Positions 47,792 through 57,441 of a stretch of DNA of 64,000 nucleotides are shown here, piece by piece. Below the pieces are notes generated by a model. The model was not told where the DNA came from and ran no database searches. It worked only from the letters and a program-made list of their open reading frames with translations. Source of the stretch: Candidatus Latescibacterota bacterium (lineage in GTDB: Bacteria > Latescibacterota > UBA2968 > UBA8231); the NCBI GenBank assembly GCA_965242865.1, contig CBDETK010000013.1:1184001-1248000 (forward strand), given 5' to 3'. Made by a program: the position numbers and the translations under genes. The first letter of the stretch is position 1. Each line of letters opens with the position of its first letter.

Positions 47792-48909
47792 GGCCGACGC
47801 ACCAAGCTCTCGCGAGGGCCGGGGACCGTGCGGGCCACGCCCAGCAAGATGCCGACCCCGGCCATGTTCCCCATCAGGGACGAGCCGCCGTAGCTGACAA
47901 AGGGCAGCGGCAAGCCGGTGGTGGGCAGCACCCCGACGACCACGCCGATGTTCAGCAGGGCGTATATCGAAATCATCGCCGTAATGCCAACGGCGACCAA
48001 AAAGCCATAAGCATCGCCGGCACGCGCCCCAATGCGCAGCCCGTAAAACGAGAACGCCACGAAAAGCCCCAATACCACCAAGGCCCCCACGAGCCCCATT
48101 TCCTCGCCGATGACCGAGAAGACAAAGTCGGTGTGCGGCTCGGGCAGGTAGTGCTCTTTTTGCATGCTGTTGCCCAAACCCACCCCCAACAGGCCGCCGT
48201 GGCCCATGCCGCACAGCGACTGCAAGAGTTGATAGGAGCCGGCCGGATCGCGCTCGGGGTCGATGAAGTTGACCAAGCGGCGCATCTGATAGCTCGAATG
48301 CATCAGGGAAAGCCCAACGCCCAACGCCGCCAGCAACCCGGCCCCCGCCAAGTGGTGCAAGCGCATTCCGCCGACCCACAGCATGGTCAGGGCAATCAGC
48401 CCCAGCGCAATCGTCGTCCCCAAGTCGGGCTGGAGGACGATGAGCACCAGCGCACAGCCGACGACCAACAACCGGGGGACAAATCCGTGGCGAAAATTGT
48501 GTAGCTCGTCGCGTTTGCGCACCAACACATCCGCCAAGTAGAGCACCAGCGCCAGCTTGGCGAACTCGGCCGGCTGAAAGGCTACGCTCCCGCCCAAGGC
48601 CGGAATGCTCAACCAGCGTTGGGCCGCGCCATGGCCCCACGCCAAGACCAGCAAGAGCAAGGCCAAGGCCACTAGCATGATCGGCCGCGAAAAGCGCGCC
48701 CACCAATGCAGGGGCAGCCGCGAGAACGCGATCATGAGCACCAAGCCGATGAAGACGCGGACGGACTGCTTCTTGAGGAAGAAGCCCGAATCGCCAAAGC
48801 GCACGTGGGCCAAGACCGAACTAGAGCTATAGACCATGACCAGTCCCAGACCTACCAGTATCAGGCAGATCAGCAACACGCACATGCTGTCGCGCTGAAC
48901 CGCTATCAT
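47788..48909 (-). CDS. ftsW: SEDS peptidoglycan glycosyltransferase FtsW
   Basis: FQPAEFAK, QPDLG, LPEPHTDF, LPFVSYGGSS. Confidence 0.95.
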   Translation of the reverse strand: MIAVQRDSMCVLLICLILVGLGLVMVYSSSSVLAHVRFGDSGFFLKKQSVRVFIGLVLMIAFSRLPLHWWARFSRPIMLVALALLLLVLAWGHGAAQRWLSIPALGGSVAFQPAEFAKLALVLYLADVLVRKRDELHNFRHGFVPRLLVVGCALVLIVLQPDLGTTIALGLIALTMLWVGGMRLHHLAGAGLLAALGVGLSLMHSSYQMRRLVNFIDPERDPAGSYQLLQSLCGMGHGGLLGVGLGNSMQKEHYLPEPHTDFVFSVIGEEMGLVGALVVLGLFVAFSFYGLRIGARAGDAYGFLVAVGITAMISIYALLNIGVVVGVLPTTGLPLPFVSYGGSSLMGNMAGVGILLGVARTVPGPRESLVRRP

Positions 48910-48972
48910 CCGCGAGGAACTCTTAGGTTTTAGGAGATGGAGAATGCGCTCGGTGGGAGCGAGCGAGCTTCG

Positions 48973-50340
48973 CTACTGCAGAATGCGCTCAACGACTCGT
49001 TCAAAGGCCATCGCCCGGGAGGCCTTGACCAAGACCACGTCGCCGTGGCGCAAGTGCGCCGCCGTAAATTCCCCGAGCTGCTCGCGCCGCTCGAAGTGCC
49101 GCGCTACGTCTTGGCCCATGCCGGCGGCGCGGGCCGCGGCCACCAAGTGCGCGCTTTCGCAGCCGGCCGCCAGTACCATGTCGGCGCACTCGGCGGCCTT
49201 CGCGCCGACGACCGCGTGTAGCCGGCCGCTCTCCGCTCCGAGCTCCAGCATGTCGCCGAGCACGGCGATTTTCCGGCCCCCGGGCAGGGCACTGAGCAGG
49301 TCGAGCGCGGCCGACATCGAGTTGGGACTGGCGTTGTAGCAATCGTCAATGGCTGCGATCCCATTTTTGCGCACGATCTCGCCGCGCTGACTCACCGCCT
49401 CAAACTCGGCGAGGGCGCGCTGGATTCCGTCCCAAGGCACGCCGAGGCAGCGGCCGACCGCGGCCGCGGCCAAGGCATTGTACGCGTTGTGCCGCCCCGG
49501 AACCTTGAGCTCGATGGGAACATGATGTAGAAGGAAGTGGCCGCAGCCCTTCTGGTCGAGTACGAGCCTCTCCCCACGAAACTCGCTCTCACGCGCAAAA
49601 CCGAAGGTCAGGAGTCTCCCCTTTGTCCTCTTTACCTCCTGAGCCACGACACGGTCATCGGCGTTGACGAGAGCCGTTAAAGACTCGTCCAGATAATCCA
49701 GAAGCTCCCCTTTGGCCTTGGCCACTCCTTCTACAGACCCGAAAAACTCTATGTGTGCAGTCCCGATGTTGAGCAAAACCCCAACGGTCGGTTCGGCCAC
49801 CGAGCACAAATAGCGAATGTCCCCTACGCGCCGCGCTGCCAATTCCAACACCACCGCCTCGTGCCGCGGCGACAGGTGCAGCAACGTGCGGGGCACCCCG
49901 ATCTCGTTGTTCTCGCTGCCGATGGTTTTCAAAACGCAGTACCGCTGCCCCAAGACCGCGGCGATCATTTCCTTGGTCGTCGTCTTGCCCGCGCTGCCGA
50001 CGACCGCCACCACCGGAATCGCCCAACGCCGCCGATACGCCCGCGCTAAATCGCCCAGCGCGTGCAGCGTCGAGTCGACGGCCAACAGCGGACCAGCGGC
50101 CGCTTGGGCCAACCCGGGCCAGCCGCGTTCTACGACGGCGGCGCAGGCGCCGCGGGCAAAGGCCGCCTCGACGAAGTCGTGCCCGTCAAAGTGCTCGCCC
50201 CGCAGCGCGACGAACAACTCGCCCTCGGCCACGGACCGGCTATCGGTCGCCACCGCTTGCAGGGCGCGGTCCGGCTGGAGGCGGCCGACCGGATCGGCCC
50301 CTGTCCACTGCACCACCTCGTTCAGGGTCACGGCGCGCAT
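48973..50340 (-). CDS. murF: UDP-MurNAc-tripeptide--D-Ala-D-Ala ligase
   Basis: GSAGKTTTKE, NNEIG, DCYNASP, GDMLELG, VKASR. Confidence 0.95.
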   Translation of the reverse strand: MRAVTLNEVVQWTGADPVGRLQPDRALQAVATDSRSVAEGELFVALRGEHFDGHDFVEAAFARGACAAVVERGWPGLAQAAAGPLLAVDSTLHALGDLARAYRRRWAIPVVAVVGSAGKTTTKEMIAAVLGQRYCVLKTIGSENNEIGVPRTLLHLSPRHEAVVLELAARRVGDIRYLCSVAEPTVGVLLNIGTAHIEFFGSVEGVAKAKGELLDYLDESLTALVNADDRVVAQEVKRTKGRLLTFGFARESEFRGERLVLDQKGCGHFLLHHVPIELKVPGRHNAYNALAAAAVGRCLGVPWDGIQRALAEFEAVSQRGEIVRKNGIAAIDDCYNASPNSMSAALDLLSALPGGRKIAVLGDMLELGAESGRLHAVVGAKAAECADMVLAAGCESAHLVAAARAAGMGQDVARHFERREQLGEFTAAHLRHGDVVLVKASRAMAFERVVERILQ

Positions 50341-51812
50341 AGCGGCGGCCTTTCTCCGGCGCACAAATCCCGCAACACGCGGCGCGCCACTTCGCGGTCG
50401 TCAAAGGCGACGACGCGGTCGGCTAGTTCCTGCTCTTGTTCGTGCCCCTTGCCGGCAATGACCACGACATCGCCGCGCCGCGCTGCGCCCAAGGCCACGG
50501 CAATGGCTGCGGCGCGATCGACTTCGCGGTGCATTGCACTGGGGTCGGGCATCCCCGCGGCCATCTCGTCCATGATGCGCTGCGGATCCTCGCTGCGCGG
50601 GTTGTCCGCAGTCAAGACCGTCCAATCGGCCTGCTCGCCCGCGACGCGGCCCATGAGCGACCGCTTGCCGCGGTCGCGATCGCCGCCGCACCCGCAGACG
50701 CAGATCAAGCGACCGCTTCCCAAGCTGCGGGCGGCCTGCAAAACCCGCTCCAGCGCGTCCGGGGTGTGAGCGTAATCCACGACGACCGCGAAGTCCTGCC
50801 CTTCGTCGATCGGTTCGCAACGGCCCGGGACATGGGCTAGCGCGGCCACGCCGCGGCGCAGGGCTTCGGCGTTCAAGTTTAGGGCCAACCCCGTGGCCAC
50901 GACGGCCATGGTATTGTAGTAGTTGAAGGGGCCGATCAACTGCGTTTGCACCTCAATGGGGCCGGCTGGGGTATCCAAGCTCAGGTGAGTCCCCTGCGGG
51001 CCGACCTCGGCGCGTTGCAACCGCACCTCGGCTTCGGGGCCGCAGCCGTACGTCACCACGCGGGCTTGGGTCCGGCGAGCTAACTCGTCGGCGTGGGCAT
51101 CGTCGGCGTTGAGCACTGCAATCGCGCCTTCTTGCAGCCCCTCAAAAAGCCGGGCTTTGGCCGCAAAGTACGCGTCCCAAGTCCCGTGAAAATCCAAGTG
51201 ATCGCGCGTCAAATTGGTAAAGATTGCCGCTTGGAAGGGAATGCCCTCTACCCTCTTTAAGGCCAGCCCATGGGAAGACACTTCTAGCACGGCCACGCGC
51301 GTACCCGCATCGACGAGCCGACGCAGGAAACCGTGTAGCTGGACGGCCTCGGGCGTCGTGTTATCCATCTTTTCCAATGCGCCAGCGCACCAAAACCCCA
51401 AGGTCCCTAAATACCCGCACGGCAGGCCAGCGGCTTCGAGGGCGTTCCTGAGCAGGAAGGCCGTCGTGGTCTTGCCGTTGGTGCCGGTGACGCCGACGTT
51501 GAGCAGCCCTCGGCCGGGAAAGGCGTAAAAGCGCGCCGCCATTCGGGCCAGCGCGGCCCGGCAGTCCGCCACCTGTACCTGCGTTACGCCCGGGCGAGCA
51601 ATCCGCTCCTCCACCATCACGGCGCGAGCGCCGCGGGCGATGGCGTGATCGACAAAGCGGTGCCGATCTTGCTCCTGTCCCCCGCGCACGGCCACGAAAA
51701 AGTCGCCTTCCTCCACGCAACGCGAATCGCAGCGGATTTGCCCTAGTTGAATGTCTCGGTCGCCCTCTACGCAGGCGTCGGGCAGCTCGTCGAGCAGGTA
51801 TTTTAGTTCCAT
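50328..51812 (-). CDS. murE: UDP-MurNAc-dipeptide--diaminopimelate ligase
   Basis: GTNGKTT, EVSSH, DHLDFH, DNPR, AGKGHE. Confidence 0.95.
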   Translation of the reverse strand: MELKYLLDELPDACVEGDRDIQLGQIRCDSRCVEEGDFFVAVRGGQEQDRHRFVDHAIARGARAVMVEERIARPGVTQVQVADCRAALARMAARFYAFPGRGLLNVGVTGTNGKTTTAFLLRNALEAAGLPCGYLGTLGFWCAGALEKMDNTTPEAVQLHGFLRRLVDAGTRVAVLEVSSHGLALKRVEGIPFQAAIFTNLTRDHLDFHGTWDAYFAAKARLFEGLQEGAIAVLNADDAHADELARRTQARVVTYGCGPEAEVRLQRAEVGPQGTHLSLDTPAGPIEVQTQLIGPFNYYNTMAVVATGLALNLNAEALRRGVAALAHVPGRCEPIDEGQDFAVVVDYAHTPDALERVLQAARSLGSGRLICVCGCGGDRDRGKRSLMGRVAGEQADWTVLTADNPRSEDPQRIMDEMAAGMPDPSAMHREVDRAAAIAVALGAARRGDVVVIAGKGHEQEQELADRVVAFDDREVARRVLRDLCAGERPPLCAP

Positions 51813-53581
51813 CTAAATACCTCCCGACTGGGGGCGGCTGGCCCTGCGCCCGAAAGGGCGACCGGCCCTTCTTTCTGCAAGTGCTTGGCCGCGGGCTCGA
51901 CCAGCAAGCCGCCGGGCTGGGTGATGATTCGCTTCATCACGCGCTGGAAGGCCGGCGCCGCCACGTATCCCCCCCATCCGTTTACGCGGGGGTTTTCGAC
52001 CATGATCACGCACACGTACTGGGGATCGTCGGTCGGCAGGAAGCCGACAAACGAGGCAATGCTGGCGTTGGGGTCGTACCCGCTGCCACCCACTACCGCG
52101 CGCTGGGCCGTGCCCGTCTTGCCGGCCACGCCCACGCCCTGGATGCGGGCCTTTTGCCCAGTGCCCTTTTCCACCACCCCAGTCAGCACCTCGACCAGCG
52201 TCGACGCCGTCGCCCGACTCACCACCCGGCGTACCGCTTGGGGGCCGCCGCGACTGTTGAACTCACCGTCCGGGCCGATCGTCCCCGCGACGATTCGCGG
52301 GGCCATCAGGACGCCGCCGTTGGCAATGGCTCCGTACGCCATGGCGAGTTGTAGGGCGGTCACCCCGATTTCCTGCCCGATGGCGATGGTCGGCAGCGAG
52401 CGCTTGGACCACTGATCGACTTCCTGCAATAAGCCGGGCGTTTCGGCCGGCAAGTCAATGCCGGTGCGGATGGCAAAGCCAAAGTTGCGGATGTGCTCGT
52501 AAAAGCGGTGCTGCGACAGGCGCTGCGCCAACTTGATGGTGCCGATGTTGCTCGACTTTTCCAAAACCTGAGCAAAGAGCAAGTCGCCGCAGGGCTGGAC
52601 GTCGCGGATGAGGTCCCCATTGGCCAACCGGAACGTCCCCCACTCGCAAAAGACGCGGTCTTGCAGGCTGGTTAGCCGGTCTTCTAAGACGGAGGCAGCC
52701 GCGATAATTTTGAAGGTCGAACCGGGTTCGTACACGTCGGTTATCGCCCGGTTGCGCCGGAGTTCGGGCGAGGAGCGGGACGCCTTATTGGGGTCGAAAA
52801 GCGGCAGGTTGGCCATGGCCAACACCTCGCCGCTGCGCGGGGCGACGAGGACGCCCAAAGCACCTTGGGCCTTTGAGCCATCGATGGCGCGTTGCAGCTC
52901 CTCCTCGAGAATATCCTGATAGACCGCGTCTAGGGTCAGCACTAAGTCGCGACCGTGCTCGGGCTCCTCGCGTTGCTGCTGCCGCCCGGGCACCTGCTTG
53001 CCCTTTGCATCGACGTATCCGAGGATCGAGCCGTTCTTTTCGCGCAGCATGTCGTCAAAGGCCCGCTCAACCCCCTCGCGGCCGCTGTTGTCGATATTGG
53101 TGTGCCCGATGAGTTGACCGGCCAGCGGCCCCAAAGGGTACTCGCGGCGGGTCTCCGGGTGTTGGAACACGCCGGCGTACCCCACCTCGCCCCCATTTAC
53201 ATCAACCACTTGGCGCGCCAAATAGACGAACTGCTTGTCCCCGCGCAACTGGCGCTCAATGGACTCGGCCCGTTTATCGCTCAGCGGCGCGAAGTGGGCG
53301 GCTACGCCCTTGGGGTCCTCAATCTGCTTGGGATGGGCGTAAAACGACGTGGCTTGGACATCTACGGCCAAGTTGTTGCCGCGCCGATCGACGATCCGGC
53401 CCCGACTCGCTTTCAACTCGACGCGGTGCAGGTACTGCTCGATGGCCTTGGCGCTGTATGCCTCGTGCCGGAGGAGCTGGATTTGAACGAGGCGTCCAGA
53501 CAAACCCAACCACGCCAACGCGCCCAAAACCGCGATCCAACGCAGCCGGTTAACGCCCCTATGTTGCACCCGTGGCTCCAT
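51803..53581 (-). CDS. ftsI: Class B penicillin-binding protein FtsI
   Basis: STFK, SSN, KTGTAQ motifs. Confidence 0.93.
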   Translation of the reverse strand: MEPRVQHRGVNRLRWIAVLGALAWLGLSGRLVQIQLLRHEAYSAKAIEQYLHRVELKASRGRIVDRRGNNLAVDVQATSFYAHPKQIEDPKGVAAHFAPLSDKRAESIERQLRGDKQFVYLARQVVDVNGGEVGYAGVFQHPETRREYPLGPLAGQLIGHTNIDNSGREGVERAFDDMLREKNGSILGYVDAKGKQVPGRQQQREEPEHGRDLVLTLDAVYQDILEEELQRAIDGSKAQGALGVLVAPRSGEVLAMANLPLFDPNKASRSSPELRRNRAITDVYEPGSTFKIIAAASVLEDRLTSLQDRVFCEWGTFRLANGDLIRDVQPCGDLLFAQVLEKSSNIGTIKLAQRLSQHRFYEHIRNFGFAIRTGIDLPAETPGLLQEVDQWSKRSLPTIAIGQEIGVTALQLAMAYGAIANGGVLMAPRIVAGTIGPDGEFNSRGGPQAVRRVVSRATASTLVEVLTGVVEKGTGQKARIQGVGVAGKTGTAQRAVVGGSGYDPNASIASFVGFLPTDDPQYVCVIMVENPRVNGWGGYVAAPAFQRVMKRIITQPGGLLVEPAAKHLQKEGPVALSGAGPAAPSREVFRWN

Positions 53582-53880
53582 CAATCGCCTTCCCAATGCG
53601 CCAACGCGCCACCCATTCTAGTTGTAATTTCCGCGGGATAGACCATGCCGAGCTGGCCGAGCGCCACTTTCTCGACAAAGCCGGAGTTTTTCTGCACCAA
53701 GATGGCCGTTAATAGCTTGTTGCGCGCGCTATCGAGCTCGACGATTTGCGTCTCAGCCGCGACGATGCCGCCGGCCACTCGGGCCATTTCGACTTTTTGC
53801 CAGACGTGGAACAGGGCCGCCCCGGCCAGCATGCCGATGAGGAGTACGCACTTCGCACAGGAAACTCCGCCGCTGCTCAT
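53581..53880 (-). CDS. ftsL: Cell division protein FtsL
   Basis: Small TM plus coiled-coil protein between rsmH and ftsI, with LGMV. Confidence 0.75.
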   Translation of the reverse strand: MSSGGVSCAKCVLLIGMLAGAALFHVWQKVEMARVAGGIVAAETQIVELDSARNKLLTAILVQKNSGFVEKVALGQLGMVYPAEITTRMGGALAHWEGD

Positions 53881-53881
53881 G

Positions 53882-54808
53882 TCAGCTTACCTCGGTTTTT
53901 TCGTAGATTCGCAAAACGGCGCTGCGCGCCCGAGCATTTTGCGCGACCTCGGCCGCGCTCGCCCGCTGCAGCTTGGGGCCTACTCGCTTGAACGATGGCT
54001 TGCGCCCGCAGGTGCAAACGGGCAGGCGCGGCGGACACATACAGCCGCGGACCAACGCCGCGAAATGCTGCTTGACGAGCCGATCCTCCAAGGAGTGATA
54101 CGCCACGACCGCCAGCCGCCCCCCGGGCTGCAACTCCGCCTCCACAGCCGTCAACCCCCCCTGCAACTGCCCCAACTCGTCGTTGACGGCAATGCGCAGC
54201 GCTTGGAACACGCGCGCCAGCGTCTTGTTGAGCCGCTGAGGCCGCGTGGCGGCTACGGCCTGCCGCAGCGCCTGCGTAGTGGTCAAGGGGCCGAGCCGCT
54301 GCTGCCGGCCGATCGAGCGTGCGATGCGCCGCGCCGCCCACTCTTCTCCGTAGCGCGCAATCAGAGCGGCGAGTTCGGCCTCGCTGCTCGCCGCGATCCA
54401 TTCGGCGGCTGTGGGGCCCACTGCCGCATCCATCCGCATGTCGAGGGGGCCGTCGGCCCGGTAGCTGAAGCCCCGGCCCGGGACGTCGATCTGATGCGAG
54501 GAAACCCCCAAGTCGAACAGGACGCCGCTCAACGGCCCGATTCCCGCCTGCGCCAGCAAGCCGCTCAATTCGGCAAAGCAGCCGCGCCGCACGACCGCCC
54601 GCGCATCGGCCGCCAACCGCGTGCGCGTGGCCGCTACGGCTTCCCCATCCCGATCCACGGCGAGCAGCCGGCCCTTGGGCCCGAGGGCTTGGAGCAGGGC
54701 CAAGCTGTGGCCGCCGCCGCCAGCCGTCGCATCTACGTACGCTCCGTCCGGGTCGGCGACCAATCCCGCGACCACTTCCGCGACCATGACTGGGAGGTGA
54801 TATGCCAT
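53882..54808 (-). CDS. rsmH: 16S rRNA m4C1402 methyltransferase
   Basis: HLPVM, DATAGGGGHS, DLGVSS.Q, FQALRIAVN, HSLEDR. Confidence 0.97.
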   Translation of the reverse strand: MAYHLPVMVAEVVAGLVADPDGAYVDATAGGGGHSLALLQALGPKGRLLAVDRDGEAVAATRTRLAADARAVVRRGCFAELSGLLAQAGIGPLSGVLFDLGVSSHQIDVPGRGFSYRADGPLDMRMDAAVGPTAAEWIAASSEAELAALIARYGEEWAARRIARSIGRQQRLGPLTTTQALRQAVAATRPQRLNKTLARVFQALRIAVNDELGQLQGGLTAVEAELQPGGRLAVVAYHSLEDRLVKQHFAALVRGCMCPPRLPVCTCGRKPSFKRVGPKLQRASAAEVAQNARARSAVLRIYEKTEVS

Positions 54809-54829
54809 GTTTTGGATTCATAAGGTTCG

Positions 54830-55273
54830 TTATAGCTCTATATCAAATTCGGCCAAGTCTTCCAGCGGTGGCGATTCCTCGCTGAATTCCTCGCTGTTTT
54901 TGGGACTCCAAAACTCCAACTTATCCAAGGCACCGATGATTACCATCTGATCGGTAATGCCGGCCTTTGCTAGGATCGGGCGCGGAATACTGACCCGGCC
55001 CTGCCGATCCATTTTGATTTCGGCTGAGTACGAAAGTTTCCAGCGAATGTAATCTCGCACCTTGCGATTGTTGTTCCGCAACTGGCGTAGCTGGGCGGCT
55101 TTCTCTTCCCAAATGTGCTGGGGATAGGCCTCTAGGCAACCGTCAAAATCTCGCATCACTACGAAGGTGTCGTCGGACTCTAGCGGCAGTTTTTTGCGGA
55201 ACTCCGCCGGCACGAAAATCCGCCCCTTGTCGTCGACGGGAACCTCGTGTCTGCCCGTGAAAAACTGTGCCAT
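54830..55273 (-). CDS. mraZ: Transcriptional regulator MraZ
   Basis: Two DxxGR motifs (DDKGR, DRQGR). Confidence 0.96.
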   Translation of the reverse strand: MAQFFTGRHEVPVDDKGRIFVPAEFRKKLPLESDDTFVVMRDFDGCLEAYPQHIWEEKAAQLRQLRNNNRKVRDYIRWKLSYSAEIKMDRQGRVSIPRPILAKAGITDQMVIIGALDKLEFWSPKNSEEFSEESPPLEDLAEFDIEL

Positions 55274-55302
55274 TTAATGCCCGCGCCAAGTTAAAATCTC
55301 CG

Positions 55303-55366
55303 TTCCACCACTTTCCACCACTTTCCACCACGCCCCAAAATACACCTGCATTAACGGGGCTGTCAA
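55303..55366 (-). promoter_or_regulatory. mraZ/dcw promoter with MraZ operator repeats
   Basis: GTGGTGGAA x3 at a 10-bp period (55303-55331); TTGACA (55361-55366) 18 nt before TATTTT. Confidence 0.85.
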
Positions 55367-55506
55367 GCACATTTTTTCCATATTTTTCAAAGAGATATGG
55401 CCATTCCAAAGGCCGAGCACACTAATTTGTGCGATAAACACACTAATCTGTGTGTGAACTCCCTGCTATCCGCTCTCTTTAATTAACGCCTCCGCTGTCA
55501 TATTGA

Positions 55507-55551
55507 CACAAAAAGGGGGGCGACCAGTGCGTGGTCCACCCCCCTTTTGTG
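55507..55551 (-). terminator. Intrinsic terminator-like hairpin after trmB
   Basis: CACAAAAAGGGGGG...CCCCCCTTTTGTG inverted repeat with T-runs on both strands. Confidence 0.7.
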
Positions 55552-55567
55552 CGCTCGACCGGTTTCT

Positions 55568-56176
55568 TTACGCCGGCAGCTTCTCCACGACCCAGCGATA
55601 GATCGGCTTGCCCTGCGCTAGGAATTTGTCCTCGTAATTCGTCCGCGCTCCCAACCACTCTGCATCCGCCTGCACCAAGCACGAGCTGGTTGCCAGTGCG
55701 GCGAGCATGACGTCGAAATAGTCGGCGTAATCCGTGGCGAGCCACAACCGCCCGCCCGCGCACAACGTGCGCTCGACTTCGCGCAGAAATTCCTCATTAA
55801 AGAGGCGTCGCTTGTGGTGCCGCTTCTTGGGCCAAGGATCGGGAAAGTAGATGTGATAGGCCCGCACGGACGCCGCGGCCACGAAGAATTCGACGAATTC
55901 CCGCGCATCCACGTGCGCGAACCGCACGTTGCCGAGCTGGCGGCGCACAGCGCGCTGGCGAGCGAGGCGCAAGTATTTAGCCGCCCATTCGATCCCGACG
56001 AAGTTCACGGCGGGCTGGCGGCCGGCGGCGTCGATGATAAAGCGGCCTTTGCCAATGCCGATTTCGATTTCCACCGGCTGGTCGTTGCCAAAAACTTCTC
56101 GCCAATCCAACGTCGGGTCTTGGTCTGGGTTATCCGGTAACGCCAAAAAACCCGAACCCGCCCCGGTCTGCTCCAT
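55568..56176 (-). CDS. trmB: tRNA (guanine-N7)-methyltransferase
   Basis: EIGIGKG, YFPDPWPKKRHHKRR, ATD, TNYE.K. Confidence 0.96.
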   Translation of the reverse strand: MEQTGAGSGFLALPDNPDQDPTLDWREVFGNDQPVEIEIGIGKGRFIIDAAGRQPAVNFVGIEWAAKYLRLARQRAVRRQLGNVRFAHVDAREFVEFFVAAASVRAYHIYFPDPWPKKRHHKRRLFNEEFLREVERTLCAGGRLWLATDYADYFDVMLAALATSSCLVQADAEWLGARTNYEDKFLAQGKPIYRWVVEKLPA

Positions 56177-56195
56177 CAAATCAAATTATCCCCAA

Positions 56196-56228
56196 AGAAA
56201 AGGCGCTCCCCCGAGGTGAGGGAGCGCC
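56196..56228 (-). terminator. Intrinsic terminator after moeB
   Basis: GGCGCTCCC-loop-GGGAGCGCC followed by TTTTCTT on the minus strand. Confidence 0.8.
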
Positions 56229-56253
56229 GCACGAGCAACCCTGCGAATCGAGC

Positions 56254-57441
56254 TTAACCAGCGGCCTCGCTATGCGAGGGCAGCCCGCAAAACTGCTCGT
56301 AGTCAATGAGCTCGGTGACGGTGGGGCTATCGCCACACACCGGGCACTCGCGGTCGTGCCGGAGCTTGAGTTCGCGGAACTTCATCTCCAGCGCGTCGTA
56401 GAGCATCACTCGCCCCACCAAGGAGGTGCCCTGCCCCAACAGCAACTTGACCACCTCGGTGGCCTGCACCAGCCCGATGATGCCGGGCAAGACCCCTAAG
56501 ACCCCGCCCTCGGCGCAGCTCGGCACCTCCCCGGGCGGCGGCGGCTCGGGATAGAGGCAGCGGTAGCACGGGCCGTCCCCGGGCACGTACACGGTGGCTT
56601 GGCCCTCAAAGCGAAAAATGCTGCCGTCGACCACGGGCTTTTTCTGCATGACGGCCGCGTCGTTGACCAAATAGCGGGTCGGGAAGTTGTCGCAGCCATT
56701 GACCACGATGTCGTAGCCATCCAGGACCGCAAAGATATTGTGCGAAGTCAGCAGCTCGTAGTGGGCGTGGATCTCGATGCCGGGGTTGATGTCGAGCAAC
56801 CGGTCGCGGGCGGCCTCGACCTTGGGCCGGCCGAGATCGGACTCGCCGAAAAGCACTTGCCGCTGCAAGTTGCTCTTATCGACCACATCGGCATCTACCA
56901 AGCCGATCTTGCCGACGCCAGCCGCGGCCAAGTACAGGGCCGTCGGGCATCCCAAGCCACCCGCCCCCACCAGCAACACCCGGCCCTTGAGCAACCGCTG
57001 CTGCCCCTTTTCCCCGACCTCGGGCAGGATGAGATGCCGGGCGTAGCGCTGGGAGTCCGCTTCGGAAAGCAGGCCGCCTTGCTCAATGGCATAGCCGGCG
57101 TCCTTCCAGCCCTTGAAGCCGCCGGTCATGGACTTGGCATGGGTGTAGCCCATAAAGGCCAAATCGCGCGCGGCCAAGGCCGAGCGGTTGCCCCCGGCGC
57201 AATAGAGCACAATTTCCGCGTCGCGATCCGCGGTCACGTCTTCTTCGATGTTGAGCTCCAAAAAACCGCGTGGAATCAACTCGGCCCCGGGGATATAACC
57301 GTCCATAACCTCTTCCCGCTCGCGCACATCCACGATGTGCAGGGGCCGACCGGCTTGGCGGGCGGCTTGGACCGCAGCCGGGGTCACTTCGGCAATGTCG
57401 GCCTTTACGCGCTCTAGCAGCTGATTGGATGTAACAGTCAT
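56254..57441 (-). CDS. moeB: Rhodanese-MoeB/ThiF fusion adenylyltransferase (MoeZ-like)
   Basis: N-terminal rhodanese CAGGNRS; GAGGLG, SNLQRQ, CYRC, SCAEGGVLG. Confidence 0.92.
   Translation of the reverse strand: MTVTSNQLLERVKADIAEVTPAAVQAARQAGRPLHIVDVREREEVMDGYIPGAELIPRGFLELNIEEDVTADRDAEIVLYCAGGNRSALAARDLAFMGYTHAKSMTGGFKGWKDAGYAIEQGGLLSEADSQRYARHLILPEVGEKGQQRLLKGRVLLVGAGGLGCPTALYLAAAGVGKIGLVDADVVDKSNLQRQVLFGESDLGRPKVEAARDRLLDINPGIEIHAHYELLTSHNIFAVLDGYDIVVNGCDNFPTRYLVNDAAVMQKKPVVDGSIFRFEGQATVYVPGDGPCYRCLYPEPPPPGEVPSCAEGGVLGVLPGIIGLVQATEVVKLLLGQGTSLVGRVMLYDALEMKFRELKLRHDRECPVCGDSPTVTELIDYEQFCGLPSHSEAAG

Noticed and set aside
46403-48706. 767-aa MurC fusion ORF
   Set aside because: The N-terminal extension is an alternative frame of ftsW; MurC starts at 47791.
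48941-48990. AGAATGCGCTC duplication at the murF end as a deletion scar of mraY-murD
   Set aside because: Only 11 bp and no recognisable mraY/murD remnant; insufficient support.
55418-55452. NrdR box pair
   Set aside because: The 21-bp spacing fits, but each dyad is ~2 nt shorter than the NrdR consensus and no nrd gene follows.
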